64,000 bases of DNA from Octopus vulgaris (Eukaryota). The stretch covers positions 78,492,001-78,556,000 of the forward strand of contig OX597825.1 in assembly GCA_951406725.2 (NCBI GenBank). Direction: 5' to 3'. The position numbers were made by a program, and so were the translations under genes. Below, piece after piece: positions 39,889-54,355 of the stretch. The notes under the pieces were generated by a model. It saw only the letters and a list, made by a program, of their open reading frames with translations. It ran no database searches and was not told the DNA's origin. Numbering within the stretch: position 1 is the stretch's first letter; each line of letters begins with the position of its first letter.

Positions 39889-40398
39889 CTCATACTTATA
39901 TACATATATATCTATATCTATATTTATATATAAATACCCACTTATAAGTTGAGTATGTGTGTATGTGTATCCGTTTGTATACGTGTCGGTATTGCTACAC
40001 TAAAAAATATCTCATTACTACAATTCTTCGCACGATATCCATTTCTTCACGACAACTTTATAAATATCCAAAAGCTTAGAATGACATTTACTTGATTTCC
40101 TCAATACTATCCTCTCTCGGGAGATTCTTACATCGTTCTGATAATGGCGTCTTAAAAAATATTTCTGATGATCGATGCTGAAGAACTAGATGTGGATTTG
40201 ACAAAAACACTTATTCGTTTCGGAATAACATAACCAACAAAGAATTATTAATGCGATGTCTTCGGCAGTTCGTATCTGGTAGCCATCACTGTGATTTGAC
40301 GTGGCCAGAAGTTTTGATAGATGATATTTTCGTTTGTATCGACCCTTCCTGCTAGAAAGGCCGGAAGGAAGAAAGGAAAACTTGACCTCGGCAGTATT

Positions 40399-40995
40399 AG
40401 TACTTTGTAGTGCATCTGAGGACTTGTAGTGCACCTGAGTACTTCAAGTACACCTGAGCACTCTGTAGTGCACCTGAGCATTTTGTAATGCATGGGCACT
40501 TTGTAGTGTCTCTGGGCACTTTATAATGCGTCTGAGCACTTCGTAATGAGCCTGAGCACTTGTAGTGCGTCTGAGCTCTTGTAGTGCGTCTGAGCACTTT
40601 GTAGTGCGTCTGAGCACTTATAGTGCATGTGAGCACTTATAGTGCATCTGAGGATTTATAGTGCACCTGAGCACTTTGTTAAACCCCAGCACTTTGTAGT
40701 ACATCTGAGCACTTAGTAGTGCACCTGAGCACTTTGTAGTGCACCTGAGCACTTTGTTGTGCACCTGAGCACTTTGTTGTGCACCTGAGCACTTTGTTGT
40801 GCACCTGAGCACTTTGTAATGCATCTGAGCAATTTGTTATGCACCTAAGTACTTTGTTGTGCACCTGAGCACTTTGTAACGCATCAGAGCAATTTGTTGT
40901 GCACCTCAGTACTTTGAAGTGCACCTTAGCAGTTGTAAAACACCTGAGCATTTTGTAGTGCACCTGAGCCCTTACGGTGTTTGTAGTGAACCCGA
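40399..40995. repeat. 20-bp minisatellite (~30 units), consensus GCACCTGAGCACTTTGTAGT
   Basis: Units in 20-bp register at 40741, 40761, 40781 and 40801; degenerate toward both edges. Confidence 0.95.
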
Positions 40996-41576
40996 GAACT
41001 GTATACAAGCCCATTATATTTCAATCACCCTTAAGTACTTTCATTCGCATTCAGTCAATTCGCCCAAATCTACAATTCTTGACATGCTTAATATAATTCT
41101 TTCCACTCAAGGAACAAAGCCTAAAATTTAGAGAGAGGAATGTTGTCGATTACATCATCCCCATTTGTTTGCTGGTACTTATTTTATCGACCCTGAAAGA
41201 ACGAAAGGCGAAGTCAATCTCATTGGAATTTGAACTCAGAACCTAAAGACAGAAAAAATGTCCACTTCGGTGGAGTTTTAACTCAGAGCGTATAGATTGG
41301 CGAAAAGCCGCTTAGAATTTTGTCTGACGTTCCGACCAGTCAGCCTATTCGCCGTTTATAATGCGTTTATAATAAACCTACTTAATTTTTGGTGAATGTA
41401 ATTAAAAAAATCTACGGAATGGGTCGGGGGCTAACCATAATGAACTAACATGGATGCTTCGATACAGTTCTTCCGGTCTGTTACATACAGCAGCGAAATC
41501 TCCCTCAAAATATATTAAAACAACAACATATACACCATTTTGGTTCTAGAAATACAACGGCTGCTGATGCTGCTAT

Positions 41577-41607
<31 letters not shown>

Positions 41608-41827
41608 GCTACTGCAGCTGCATCTGATGCTGCTGCTGCTACTGTTGCAGCTGTTGTTGCTGCTGCTGCTACTATAAAGGGTGAACGACCTGATTCGAAT
41701 TTCAGGTCTATTTGAGGCCCTTTTTCCTTCTGCAGGCAAATATGCAGCTAATAGCTTTATCAGCTCACCATTTTTTGAAGTATCAGCGACAGAGACAGAA
41801 TGTGCACTAACTAGGTGAAATATATCC

Positions 41828-42700
41828 AGGGTGCGGAGGGTATCTGAGGACAGATTTATGGTTTTAAAAAAACGTTTATATAATAAGAGAAAAAAACCGT
41901 ATTTTTATAAAAATAATATAAACATAAAGCTAAATAGTCAGTTTAATAATTTCATTCAATAAAACCACCAGAAGTATCAATAAATGCCTCTACGCGGGGT
42001 CGAAACCATTTACAAGCTCGGATTAAGTGGTCTTTGTTCATATCGGACACAACTCAAACTATGGCGGCTTTCAAAGAATCTTTAGTGCTATGGGGGTGTT
42101 CATTGATATTTTTCTCAACGATGCTTCATATATAGTAGTCTATTGAATTGAGATCTGGAGAATTATGAGGCCAAATGTTAGGAGTGATGTGATCATGAAA
42201 ATTGTCGGTCATCTGTTCTTGTGTCATTTGAGCCTTGTGTGATGGTGCAGAATCTTGTTGAAAGACATCAGGCCTTCCTTTGATCCGAGGCTTAACAACT
42301 TTATACAGAACCCCTATATACGCAGCAGTATTCACCCTAAGGCCTTGTGAAAAAAAGTGAGGAGACATCACATGTCCTTCATTGCTAACAAAACCCAAAA
42401 CCATGACACTTTCAGGACATTTTGTATGCATTACTCCTGGAACCTCAGAAGGGTCTTCACATAGCCATTTGTCGTTTCTTCTGTTAGTTTTCTGGTCCTG
42501 CTCAAAGTTTTTCTCATCTGAGAAAAACCAAACCACACCATTTTCTGATGGGTTTTCCAGTTTGTTCAAAAGTCTTCTGGATCTGATTAAACGGGTTTTC
42601 TTTTGTTTTTTCTTACATGAATTGACCCCTCCTCATCACGTAAGATTTATATCTGATGTCTTCATGCACAACATTTCTGACTGTTTTTTTTTTCTGACGC
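41828..42700 (-). mobile_element. 3' part of a DD37D (maT) Tc1/mariner transposon
   Basis: ORF 42126-42569: FFSDEKNF...FQQDSAPSH...WPHNSPDLNSIDY, with 37 residues between the second and third Asp. Terminus CAGGGTG at 41828. Confidence 0.9.
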
Positions 42701-43243
42701 ACGAAAATTTTCTGCAATTGACATTTTCTATATAAGGGTTTTTTTTAACAGTATCGTATTGGCCAAAACATTAAGGTTGCCTCACAGTTCACTCTTGGTG
42801 TTCCGTAATTATTCTTAAACTTGTTTTTAAGAATAACTTTAACTTACCACACAACCAAATACATATGCGCACATATACTGTACGCGTATAAGAATTTTTA
42901 TGTATAAGAATTTTTTATGCGTATAAATATGTGCATCAATGCATTTTTATGCATATATATATATATATAGAGAGATATATATATATATAGAGAGATACAC
43001 ATAAATATTCATACATTTAGATATGCATATATGCATACATATACAGATGTATGTATATGTGTGGGGGTGTTTGTATATATAAATGCATAAACATTCATTC
43101 ACAGAGTCACGTGTGCATGTACTAAAAAATAATGTAGTTTCCATTTGTATTTATACCTGTTTGCGTGTATATGTATATATTATATACACATTAATATACG
43201 CATATGTATATATCTACATACCATTATCTATCTATCTATCTAC

Positions 43244-43288
<45 letters not shown>

Positions 43289-43401
43289 AAGCTATATATG
43301 TATATATATATATACACACAAATTTTTTTCACAGTCATATGTGTATGTACGTTTATATATACATATATATATATATACATACATATGTATGTATGTATAT
43401 T

Positions 43402-43470
<69 letters not shown>

Positions 43471-43478
43471 GTATATAC

Positions 43479-43534
<56 letters not shown>

Positions 43535-44034
43535 ATATATATGTGTGTGTATGTATATATGTACGTATGTGTGTATGTGTATGTATGTGTTTGTGTGTGT
43601 GTGCACACTGAAGCGTTCTGTTACAGACTAAAGTGTACGTGTACGCAAGTGGCGAGGATGTGGCATGTACGAGTGAATGTTTTTCTCTTTAACTTATTAT
43701 ACTTTGATTATGTTTCACTGCAGCGTTTGCTCTGTGAAATATATCAAGACTCGACAGAAGCGTATTAGAGTTGTTAGTGTGTCAGGACTAATTCTCTGTT
43801 CTGTCGTCGTGTTTATTATTTCTAACTGGTTTCTGTCATAGGCACAAGGACACCGGGGTGGTGGTGGTTGAGGAGTGTAGTGGTGTGGGGAATAATAAAC
43901 TGATTAGCTATTCTGAATCCTGTAACTTGTTGGTGTTTATGCAATGAGCCCTCAGAAAGGTGAAAAGAAAAAAAAAAAAGGAAATTCGACCACAGCGATA
44001 TTTGAACTCAAATCGTTACTTAGCTGTAGCTACA

Positions 44035-44246
44035 CGAGGGTGCTGAAAAGTTCCTGACGTTAAGGGTATCACGAAAGACCTTGTTGGAGGCCCAACCTTC
44101 CGAGTTCTTTTACAGTGCATAGAAAAACTGAAGGACCGCTGCAAAAAAAGTGTGTAAATCTGAGAGAGGAATATGTTGAAAAGTTAATTTATCCTCCTGT
44201 ATTTTCTTTTATCTCAAAGCCAGGAACTTTTCAGAACCTCCTCATC
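44035..44246 (+). mobile_element. Mariner-derived MITE; second copy at 47453-47670
   Basis: TIRs GAGGGTGCTGAAAAGTTCCTG / CAGGAACTTTTCAGAACCTCCTC; retains the mariner C-terminal remnant KKCVNLREEYVEK. Confidence 0.8.
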
Positions 44247-44289
44247 CGTACACACGCGCACACACACACACACACGCATATATATATTA

Positions 44290-44518
44290 GGCGGCGAGCT
44301 GGCAGAAACGTTGGCGCACCGGACGAAATGCTTTGCGGTATTTCGTCTGTCGTTACGTTCTGAGTTCAAATTCCGCCGAGGTCGACTTTGCCTTTCATCC
44401 TCTCGGGGTCGATAAATAAAGTACCAGCTACGCACTGGATCGATGTAATCGACTTAATCCCTTTGTCTGTTCTTGCTTGTCCCCTGTATGTTTAGCCCCT
44501 TGTGGGTAGTAAAGAAAT
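44290..44518 (+). mobile_element. SINE family A, full length
   Basis: GGCGGCGAGCTGGCAGAAACG...CCCCTTGTGGGTAGTAAAGAAATA. Confidence 0.9.
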
Positions 44519-45315
44519 ATATATATATATATAGGGAATAACCCTCAAAATAGTCACTGGTTCCTCTTTGGCTCTCGAAATCTCAGAGTAATGTACTAGA
44601 TCAAGTCCACTCTCATTGGCCCTGACTGCACACATGTGTGTCCCAACGTGTACAAAATGACACTAAAAAATATTGCACACAAACACGCACACACACACAC
44701 ATATACATACATATTTACATTATGCAAAATTGACACAGGAGTTACATACAGATATACATATGCACTTGTCCTTCGGGTTACACTGCACCCGGTTTATACG
44801 GTTTCATTTTGATTCAGGGCGAATTTGTTTTGCTTCTTTTTCTTCTCTTTTTTTTTCGTTTCTTTTTTTCCTCTTTTTCACTTTACATCTACGGAAACAT
44901 CACTTCGTCACTTCCGTTTCCGTTTTATCTCGTCCTTCATTTTACTTCCATTTCATTTCGTTGATACTGAAATAGACTATACTCTAAACTGATGCTTAAC
45001 TTCGAATTAACATACACATACGCATATATACATACACGTGCGTGTGTGTGTGGGTAATTGATTGGAAATTATATTTGTCTACCCCAGAAGGACGAATAGG
45101 AAAGCTGACTTTGACGATATTTGATCTCAGAACGTACGGAGCAAAAACAAATGCTGCAACGCATTTTGCTCGACGCACCAATGTTTCTGCAAATCTTCCA
45201 CATTTAATATTTATCTTTCAATTTCTACTATAATGTGTGTGTACGTGTGTGTGCGTGTGCGTGTGTGTGTGTGTGATAGTGTGTGTGTGTGTATATATAT
45301 CCATATAGGTATCGG

Positions 45316-45680
45316 TGTGGCTGTGTGGTAAGAAGTTTTCTTTCCAAACTACATAGTTCTAGGTTCAGTCCCACTGCGATGTACCTTGAACAGGTGTCTT
45401 TTACTATAACCTCAAGCTGACCAAATGCTTCTGAGTGGATTTGGTAAATCGAAACTGAAAGTAGCCCGTCGTATAAGTAAGGCGTGTATCTTTGTATTAG
45501 TTCCCCACCAGCGTTTGATAACCGGTGTTTACACCCACCTAGAGGTTCGACAAAAAGAAACTGAGAGAATAAATTTAGGAAAAAACAATAGTACTGAGGG
45601 AAGATTTCTTCGATTAAAATGGTCAAAGCTGTGCCCCAGCTTGGTCGCGATCTAATAATTGAAACAGTTAGAAAATAAAA
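45316..45680 (+). mobile_element. SINE family B, diverged
   Basis: GTGTGGCTGTGTGGTAAGAAG...GGTTCAGTCCCACTGCG...GAGTGGATTTGGTAA. Confidence 0.8.
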
Positions 45681-46019
45681 GATACGTCTTGTTAAGTATT
45701 TTCGTGATTGAATAACAGTTTCAAAACTCAAGAAAGTTGATTTATCTAGAAATGATAATATATTAAATCAACTTCAAATTGGAAAGAATTCAACAAAAAT
45801 CTACGAAACAATTTAATAATATACGAAGCAAAGAAACTGTCAAAACAAAAGATAGAAAGAAGAAGAATCAGAGCCGGCGTCATTGGTGGATCTTCTGTCG
45901 GTTTCAAACATTCGCCATTCTAGAGTGGAAACAGGGAAACAATAGAAAAAGCTTTATTCATTTGGATAGAAGACAAAACCCAATATCATGAGGATCATTA
46001 TGTACGTACGAGAGTGTGT

Positions 46020-46073
<54 letters not shown>

Positions 46074-46341
46074 TTTGAAAAGATTAAGAGGTTTCACACG
46101 ATTAAGTTTATATTGAAAAGTAAAGGAGAAAATAGTTTTGAGAGTTTTTAACACGAATAAAAGGAGGGAAAATGTAAATATTTTCCTTCTTTTAGTCTTG
46201 ATTAAATTCTCAAAGCATTTTCTGTTACGTACGTACACACACACACACACACACACACATAAATAAATATATATATATACATATATGTATATATATGTGT
46301 GTGTGTGTGTGTGTATGTATGTATATGTATATGTATGTGTG

Positions 46342-46378
<37 letters not shown>

Positions 46379-46462
46379 AGAGAGAGAGAGAGAGAAAGAG
46401 GTAAATAGATAGACAGATAGACAGATCTTTATATTCATATATATTTATACATATATACACAT

Positions 46463-46496
<34 letters not shown>

Positions 46497-46523
46497 GTGT
46501 GTGTATGTGTGTATGTATGCATG

Positions 46524-46563
<40 letters not shown>

Positions 46564-47104
46564 ATGATATATTATATCATATTATATTACACACATATGA
46601 CATAGAGTATATTTAATAACGTCGGCGCAGTGTGAACAAGCGGCTAAAAAGTTTCCCAGCCACGATGTCCCGGGTTCGATCACGTTACATAGCAGTTTAA
46701 TTTAATACCATTTTCTATAGCCTCGGACCAAACTATACTTTGTGGTTGAAATTATGTATAAATTATGTAGACAGAAAGTGTATAAAAACCTGTCAGGTGC
46801 ATTGTTCCTATATTTCAAAAGCATAGCCTTGTTATATACTGCGTTATGTCGATTCTGCATGAGAACTATAAGTGTACATATACCTGGAATACATAGCCAT
46901 TTGCACACTGATACAGGAAGAGGTACTTCATTTGATCGAACAACTGAATCTTCGTCGTCAAACGACGGAGATCCTGGCCCATATTTTATAATAAACAAAA
47001 CATTGTGAAAACATCACACTGCATGTGTCCAGGGTGCATAGAGCTACGCTCATTTGTTGAGTGAAAGTAAACTATAAATTTAACAAAGCTCAATGCTTCT
47101 TTTA

Positions 47105-48110
47105 TACATTTTTCTACTATAAGCACAAGACGTGAAATTTGGGGGAGAGTGTCTACACGTTGACATCGACTCCAGTGCCCAGCTGGTACTATTTTATCGA
47201 CCCTAAATAGATATAAGTCAAAGTCAACCTCGGTGGAATTTTTGATTCTTTCTACTAAAAGCACAAGGTCTGAAATTTGGTGGGAGAGGGTCTAAGATGA
47301 TTCCTTTAATACCCGTGCTTGACTGGCGCTTATTTTTTGTCGATCTCGAAAAATGAAAGAGAAATTCGACCTTGGTGGAAAGAGCCGGCAGAAATACCGC
47401 AAAGTATTTTACCCGGGGTGGTAAGGATTCTGCCAGCTAACATTCTAAAATGCGAGGGGTTGCTGAAAACTTCCTGGCTTTAAGGTTATCGCAAAGGGCC
47501 TGGCTGGATGCTCAATATTCCGAGTTCTTTTACCGAGCTTAGGAAAACTGAAGGACTGCTGCACTAAGTGTGTAAATCTGAGAGGGGAATATGTTGAAAA
47601 AATCATAATTAACTGACCCCACCCCGTATTTTCTTTTACCCAAAGTCAGCCCTTTTAGCAGCCCTTCGTAATTGTTTTATAATGTTTGCTAACATATGTA
47701 CAGGGCATACCCGAAAATTGTTGGGAAGGAGGCAAATCGATTAGATGAATTTCAGTAATTGATTGGAAATTAAATTAGTCTACCCCAAGGATGAATAGCA
47801 AAGATGACTTCGGCGATATTTGATCTCAGAACGTACGGAGCAAAAACCAAATGCCACTACGCATTTTGCTCGACGCACCAATGTTTCTGCTAAATCCCCC
47901 ACATTTAATATTTATCTTTCAATAATTTCTAATAGAAGTACAAGACTACGGAGTCGGGGACTTAAAGTACAGTCAGTCGATTCCGTTGACACCACAAGTG
48001 TACTTGTACTTTCTTTTGCGAACCTCCTTGAAGGATGAAAGAGATGTTTGAACCTGGCGGGATGTGAACTCAGAACGCCAAGCTTAGTCTGACGCTCTAC
48101 CAAACCTGTG
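47105..48110 (-). mobile_element. Cluster of old SINE family A copies with a nested mariner MITE
   Basis: Several degenerate reverse-complement blocks (TTTTATCGACCC, GTCAACCTCGGTGGAATTT, GATCTCAGAACGTACGG). 47760-47920 is nearly identical to 45057-45225. Confidence 0.7.
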
Positions 48111-48167
48111 CATCCATTGCTCATCTTCCCTGATGTATTCTTAGTATTTCTTTGTGGACACAGTTAT

Positions 48168-48214
<47 letters not shown>

Positions 48215-48336
48215 TTGTTCTTGCTCCAGCAAATTTTTTGTTGCCGCCGTTTGCATCACATCTAATTTCCAGTTTGAGGTGAAGTATGAAAACACACACA
48301 CAAAAACACACACACATACATACATACATACATACA

Positions 48337-48372
<36 letters not shown>

Positions 48373-48550
48373 CATATATACATATATACATACGTACGTA
48401 CGTATGTACAGTACACATAAATTTATCTTCAATCTCTCTCTTCACATAAATATTTATATATACAACTGTGTATGCATGTATATATGTATATGTGTGTATG
48501 TACACATACTGGCATGTATATATACATACACATTCAACTATATACACACA

Positions 48551-48592
<42 letters not shown>

Positions 48593-48610
48593 CATACATA
48601 CATACATACA

Positions 48611-48643
<33 letters not shown>

Positions 48644-48867
48644 TTTCATTTATATATACGGTGTGTGTATATAAGAGAGAGAGAGAGAGCTGAATTAAAA
48701 TTTTGCCTTCAAAAATTGTAAACCACAGCGTAACATAGCTGTAAATTCAATTATACACGTACATATATGTGTGTGTGTATGCGTGTATAAATGTATGTAT
48801 GATGAATGTACATACATACATTCATACACACACATATATATATGTATGTGTATACCTATATATATTC

Positions 48868-48933
<66 letters not shown>

Positions 48934-49408
48934 AATATATGTATGTATAATTCTATTAAAATTCCACCCATTCAGGTCAAGCGGTAAGGAAGCCAAATTT
49001 ATGCAGGTTTGTATTACAATACTCAAGTAATTGATATTACATCATAGAAATAAACTTCCCGCCAAAACAGTAAATGTTCTAGAAAAAAAAATGAGGGGAA
49101 AAATACCAAAAGAAAACAACGTCACAAGTAAACAACGAAGATATAACATCTGGTCGCTAAAATTTAGTTCATGGACGAGTATATACTTTTGTACGCTGTA
49201 GTTGTTGATTTGGATGGATAAAAGAACACACATATATTTCTTTTTTTTTTTTTTACTGCTGTCTTTATTGGACGTCTAGCGGCCATGTTTAATGTGAAGT
49301 GTGTAATTTGTAAAAATAGCTTTGTAGGCATAAAAAGGCTTGTTTCTGATGGCTACAGTTTTCGATTCACTGAATGTCATAGTTGTCTGTTTTGCTTTAG
49401 ACACCGAG

Positions 49409-50493
49409 AGCCAGTCCTGATTTGATTAGACTTGAAGCTCCAAATTACTGGCAGGGCACAATATATTTCTTTATTGCAAGCGAGATCAGGCTAATACCTA
49501 TTTCTTTACCACCCACAAGGGGCTACACACAGAGGAGACAAACAAGGACAGACATAGGTATTAAGTCGATTACATCGACCCCAGTGCGTAACTGGTGCTT
49601 AATTTATCGACCCTGAAAGGATGGAAAACAAAGTCGACCTCGGCGGAATTTGAACTCAGAACGTAACGGCAGACGAAATACGGCTACGCATTTCGCCCGG
49701 CGTGCTAACGTTTCTGTCAGCTCGCCGCCTTATGTTTACAAATGGTCCTAATACCATGAAACATGATTCTTAAGTATGCTTAGGTATGGATTAACTAATT
49801 ATGAGATAATCAACTAGCGTAAATAACTAATTTATTTATACTTTAAGCCCCAGTAATGAATCACATTGAATATTACTCCTTAGACACAAGTAATGCTTAA
49901 ATGAAAACTTAAGAAAAAAAAACGGGTATGGAAAGATAAATTAAGAAGTTTTAATTAGATACTTAATTAGAAATTAGAATCTGAGTCCGTCACATTCTGA
50001 CGTACGTGAACTGAAAAACCTAATTGTGGAAAAATAGGTGTATATTTCTCCTTAATTAATGTATAGTAATTAGTAGAAAATGCTTCTTAAATTAGAAATC
50101 CATACCTAAAATGGTTCTTAAGTGACATGAATAGATTCAGTTGGGTTTAGTGAACATTTCTGTGAAGGAATTGACGCTGGAGCAGAAAGTCTAATTAATT
50201 CCTAATTACGTGTCTAATTAAAACTTCTTAATTTGTTTTTCCATACCCGTTTTTTTTTAAGTTTACATTTTGAGCTTCACTTGTGTCTAAGGAGTAATAG
50301 TCAATGTAATTCATTACTGGAGCTTAAAGTCTAATTAAATTAATTATTTACGCAAGTTGATTATCTCATAATTAGTTAATCCATACCTAAGCATACTTAA
50401 GAATCACGTTTCATGGTATTAGGACCATTTGTTCACATATTGTGCCCTGCTAGTATTTTGGAGCTTCAAGTCTAACCAAATCAGGACTGGCTC
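49409..50493. mobile_element. Foldback DNA element with ~300-bp TIRs (5'-GAGCCAGTCCTGATTTG); left TIR interrupted by a SINE
   Basis: 49409-49465 plus 49731-49975 is the reverse complement of ~50195-50493. Confidence 0.85.
49497..49730 (-). mobile_element. SINE family A inserted in the foldback TIR
   Basis: Reverse complement of the family A consensus. The opposite TIR is uninterrupted at this site. Confidence 0.9.
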
Positions 50494-51149
50494 CTGCATT
50501 ATTTTTGTGTTGACCAAAAATACTGTATTGGGGATTTTCGATGACTTTGTCAAGGGAGATAACACATGACCTTCCCAAGCCTTCAGAGAATGGCGAGGTT
50601 TGATGTTCAACTTTATATAAGTATCCTAGAGAAATGACGATTTGGAAGGAAGGATTGTAGATAATGATTCTTGTGGTCCTGGGCAAGACACAAAGCGGTT
50701 GGCAAAACAAGAAAAGATCGGTGTGTCTGATTGTCGTTGCTTTCGTTCTTGTTTAGCCCAAGTCAGCTCTGATGAAAGATACCTATGAGCAAAGACATGC
50801 CAGACACAACCAACTCGACTTTTTCTTACTGCAGTGAAACTGGGGCCATATCATATCCAATATATCATATTCTAAGACAGTGAGATGTGATTGAGAGAAA
50901 TTTGGTGGTTATTTCTTGCAAATCAAGTGACCACATCGAGACCTGCCCGTTAGTGGAACTGGGTTGTGAAGCGAATAAACAACCAGCAAATTATGAAGCG
51001 ATGATGTTGGAGTAGTGATATACAAGACAGAGCGGAAGATCAGCGCATTCGTGAGACAGTTGTTAACGTGTACTCGTGAATAGACTTTATGCTTAACACT
51101 CGCGTAATTTTATTAATTTCAAAATTTGGATACAATCAACTGTTTGTAT

Positions 51150-51490
51150 GTGGAACAGCATTACACTCCTAGAAATAAGAGCAGTAATCCATTGGAGATT
51201 TCACAATGGATTACTGATGTGAAAGCAGAACCTCCTGTAATTAGAAACTGGAATATCTTCTGGCCTTGAAAGACAAAGCTTATGTTTGAGACGTGAGATT
51301 TCGCCAATTTATAAATGAAATAGTTTGATTTAAATATCGTGTAAAAGTTTTTGACTTGAATCTCTCATAGCGTAAAGATGAGTCATTAACCCATTTCGAA
51401 GTCTGCTTTAAGTAAACATCCATAGACAGTTCTCTAATAGAGATAGGACAGCCGTTTCTCTTTGAACGGCACAAACACACGATTACTACA
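51150..51490 (-). mobile_element. Possible second, highly decayed Penelope-like GIY-YIG fragment
   Basis: CLCRSKRNGCPI...KTFTRYLNQTISFINWRNLTS loosely parallels CNCR...CPL...TFKxRYxNHxxSF...RNxT. Confidence 0.4.
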
Positions 51491-51667
51491 CATTAAATGG
51501 CAATAATTATATATCACGCCCTCTTAATACTTCAAAAACACTATAACTGCTAGCCCTCACATACCTAATGAACTATCATGGTGCCCTTCTCACACACACA
51601 CGCAGACACCGCTTACACACACACACACACACGTTCATATATAAATATATATATATATATATGTGTA

Positions 51668-51715
<48 letters not shown>

Positions 51716-51812
51716 CATATATATACGTATACATATATATAGAGACATACATACATACATACACACATATACATACATACACACATGCATGTATACAAAC
51801 ATATTCATTTTT

Positions 51813-51879
<67 letters not shown>

Positions 51880-52079
51880 TACATATACTTGTCTCGCCTC
51901 GTCTACGACATTTATGTACTTTAACACTCGGTGTGGTATAGTGGTCTTTCCCAGGACGCTATCCCGCAAATTTGAGTATAACATGCTGTATGTATATATA
52001 TATATATATATATATGCATACATATGTATGTATATGTATATACACAAATATATGTATGTATATTTATATATATGTATAT

Positions 52080-52152
<73 letters not shown>

Positions 52153-52453
52153 CATACATGTATATTTGTATATATGGAAAGCGAAACATAACTGGAAGGC
52201 TTGTTTATATAATATTTAGTTAACTAAATATTATATAAACAAACTGCCCTGTTATGTTTATTCTCTCTGTGTACTCTCTGACCTGCACAACTGTAGATTC
52301 CCTTCAAATGAAACAGGAGTTATAATGCGAATCCTTCTCACAGCTTCCTCTTTGGATATACAGCAATATACACAGAGTTCTGAAATACTGGTTAGGTTGC
52401 CAAATGTAGATTCAAATCACACGATACATACATACATACATATGTATATATAC

Positions 52454-52552
<99 letters not shown>

Positions 52553-52730
52553 GAGAGAATGTTATTCCAAATTTACAGGGAAAAATTCAATTTAGGAATA
52601 CTAAATCAAATTTCACAAAATGTTATATATATATATATAATATTAATTAGAGACAAAACCACTATTTTGTAAAACAAACAAGGAAAGACTTAATCAATAC
52701 ATAAAATTTTAATAAAAAGTAAAAAAACCG

Positions 52731-52773
52731 CCACTACAATTGTTTCATGTCCTCAATGAAAATCTTCAGGTGG
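52731..52773 (-). ncRNA. Minimal type I hammerhead motif inside a foldback (52555-52868)
   Basis: Minus strand CCAC-CTGAAGA-TTTTCATTGAGGACAT-GAAA-CAATTG-TA-GTGG, with perfect stem I and palindromic helix III. Arms ~52566-52661 and 52770-52856 are inverted. Another 3'-end copy lies at 36738-36860. Confidence 0.75.
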
Positions 52774-52875
52774 TTTTGTCTCTAATTAATATTATATAAT
52801 ATTTTACTATAAAATTGGATTTAATCCTAAATCTGATTTTTTCCCTGTAAATTTGGATTTATTCTCTAATATTTA

Positions 52876-52999
<124 letters not shown>

Positions 53000-53337
53000 A
53001 GGTTTGAAGATGATGTACAGGTATTATATAATAGAAGAAATGAGGTAATCAGAAGATTTTGATTTGAGAACCCCCACTAGAATGGGAGAAAGCGCTAATG
53101 ATCTAAATGATATGATATATATGTAAAAAATGTAATATATAAATAAATATATTTAAATATAAACCATCCGATCTTCTGATTACCTCATTTCTTCTAATAT
53201 ATATATAAATTAGAAAAAAAACACCTTTTATCAATTCAATAATGAAAAATTTAATTATACCATTTAGAAAAATTACATATTATAGAAAGCTTAAATATAA
53301 GATAAAACATATATCGATGATTAAGTAATATACAAAA

Positions 53338-53508
53338 TAATATGTGTAACTGTCAATTCATTACGGCCGTTTCCAGGGGCTACTTTAATTGATTAATGAA
53401 AGCATTATATCATTACCAAGAAAGCGGTTGTAATGATGTAATGCTTTCATTGATCAATTAAAGGATTCGCTCGAAACGGCCGTAATGAATTGACAATTAC
53501 ACATATTA
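53338..53508. repeat. Foldback whose two arms each carry the hammerhead 3' half GAAACGGCCGTA
   Basis: TGTCAATTCATTACGGCCGTTTC (left) pairs with GAAACGGCCGTAATGAATTGACA (right). Confidence 0.8.
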
Positions 53509-54083
53509 CTAAGTTATGTTTTACTCATCTACCCTGGAATCTGCACTTCGGAAGTTTTTGGAAGGTAGCTTTATATAAATTACATGTCTGAACAAACAAG
53601 AGCTACTTTATTCACTAAGTTGTATTGTGCCATCTGAATACACTGCATGAATATCTATATGAATGTATATATATATATATATATATCTTGCGCTCCGAAT
53701 TTTTCCTTCGTCTAGGCTTTAAAAACATCCCTCAATGTTGGTTTCATTGTCCTGTTTTTATTCTTTATGTGTACTGTATTTTTATTTGTATTGCTTTTAC
53801 GTCCTGTTCTTGTCACATTTTTTTCTTTCCTTGTTTTTACCCCTCTGCAATGGAATTTTATTTAATTCTTTTGCAGGAAGGACTAGTTCGACCGGATCGT
53901 GTTCTGTTCTTACCTTCGAAACACGCATTGAGTCAAACGAGGGGCAGCTGATGAAGGAGAATATTCCTTGTATTGTTTGTCTTGTACTCTGTTTTTTCGT
54001 TGTTAAAAAAGTCCGTTTCCTAGTTTGTTTTTATGTTTTCGTTTCTCGTTGAGTTCCACGTTTATTTGTGGTGTCCTGTACTC

Positions 54084-54118
<35 letters not shown>

Positions 54119-54149
54119 TGTATATATACATGTAGATGTAGGTACGTAC

Positions 54150-54182
<33 letters not shown>

Positions 54183-54304
54183 TGTATGTATGTATGCATA
54201 TATTTAATTTATTAAATTATTGTATGACTGAGCGCCCTCGCGTCGTTTCGTTTCTTTTCTCTAAGTAAGTTTTTACATATATATATATACATATGCATAT
54301 ATGC

Positions 54305-54355
<51 letters not shown>

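Noticed and set aside
40720-40820. Minus-strand CAAAGTGCTCA resembling miR-17/20 family 5' ends
   Set aside because: Only an 11-nt match in a tandem array with no precursor hairpin; probably coincidence.
40399-40995. Regular repeat array as a CRISPR
   Set aside because: Units are contiguous 20-mers with no unique spacers, there are no cas genes, and the context is eukaryotic.
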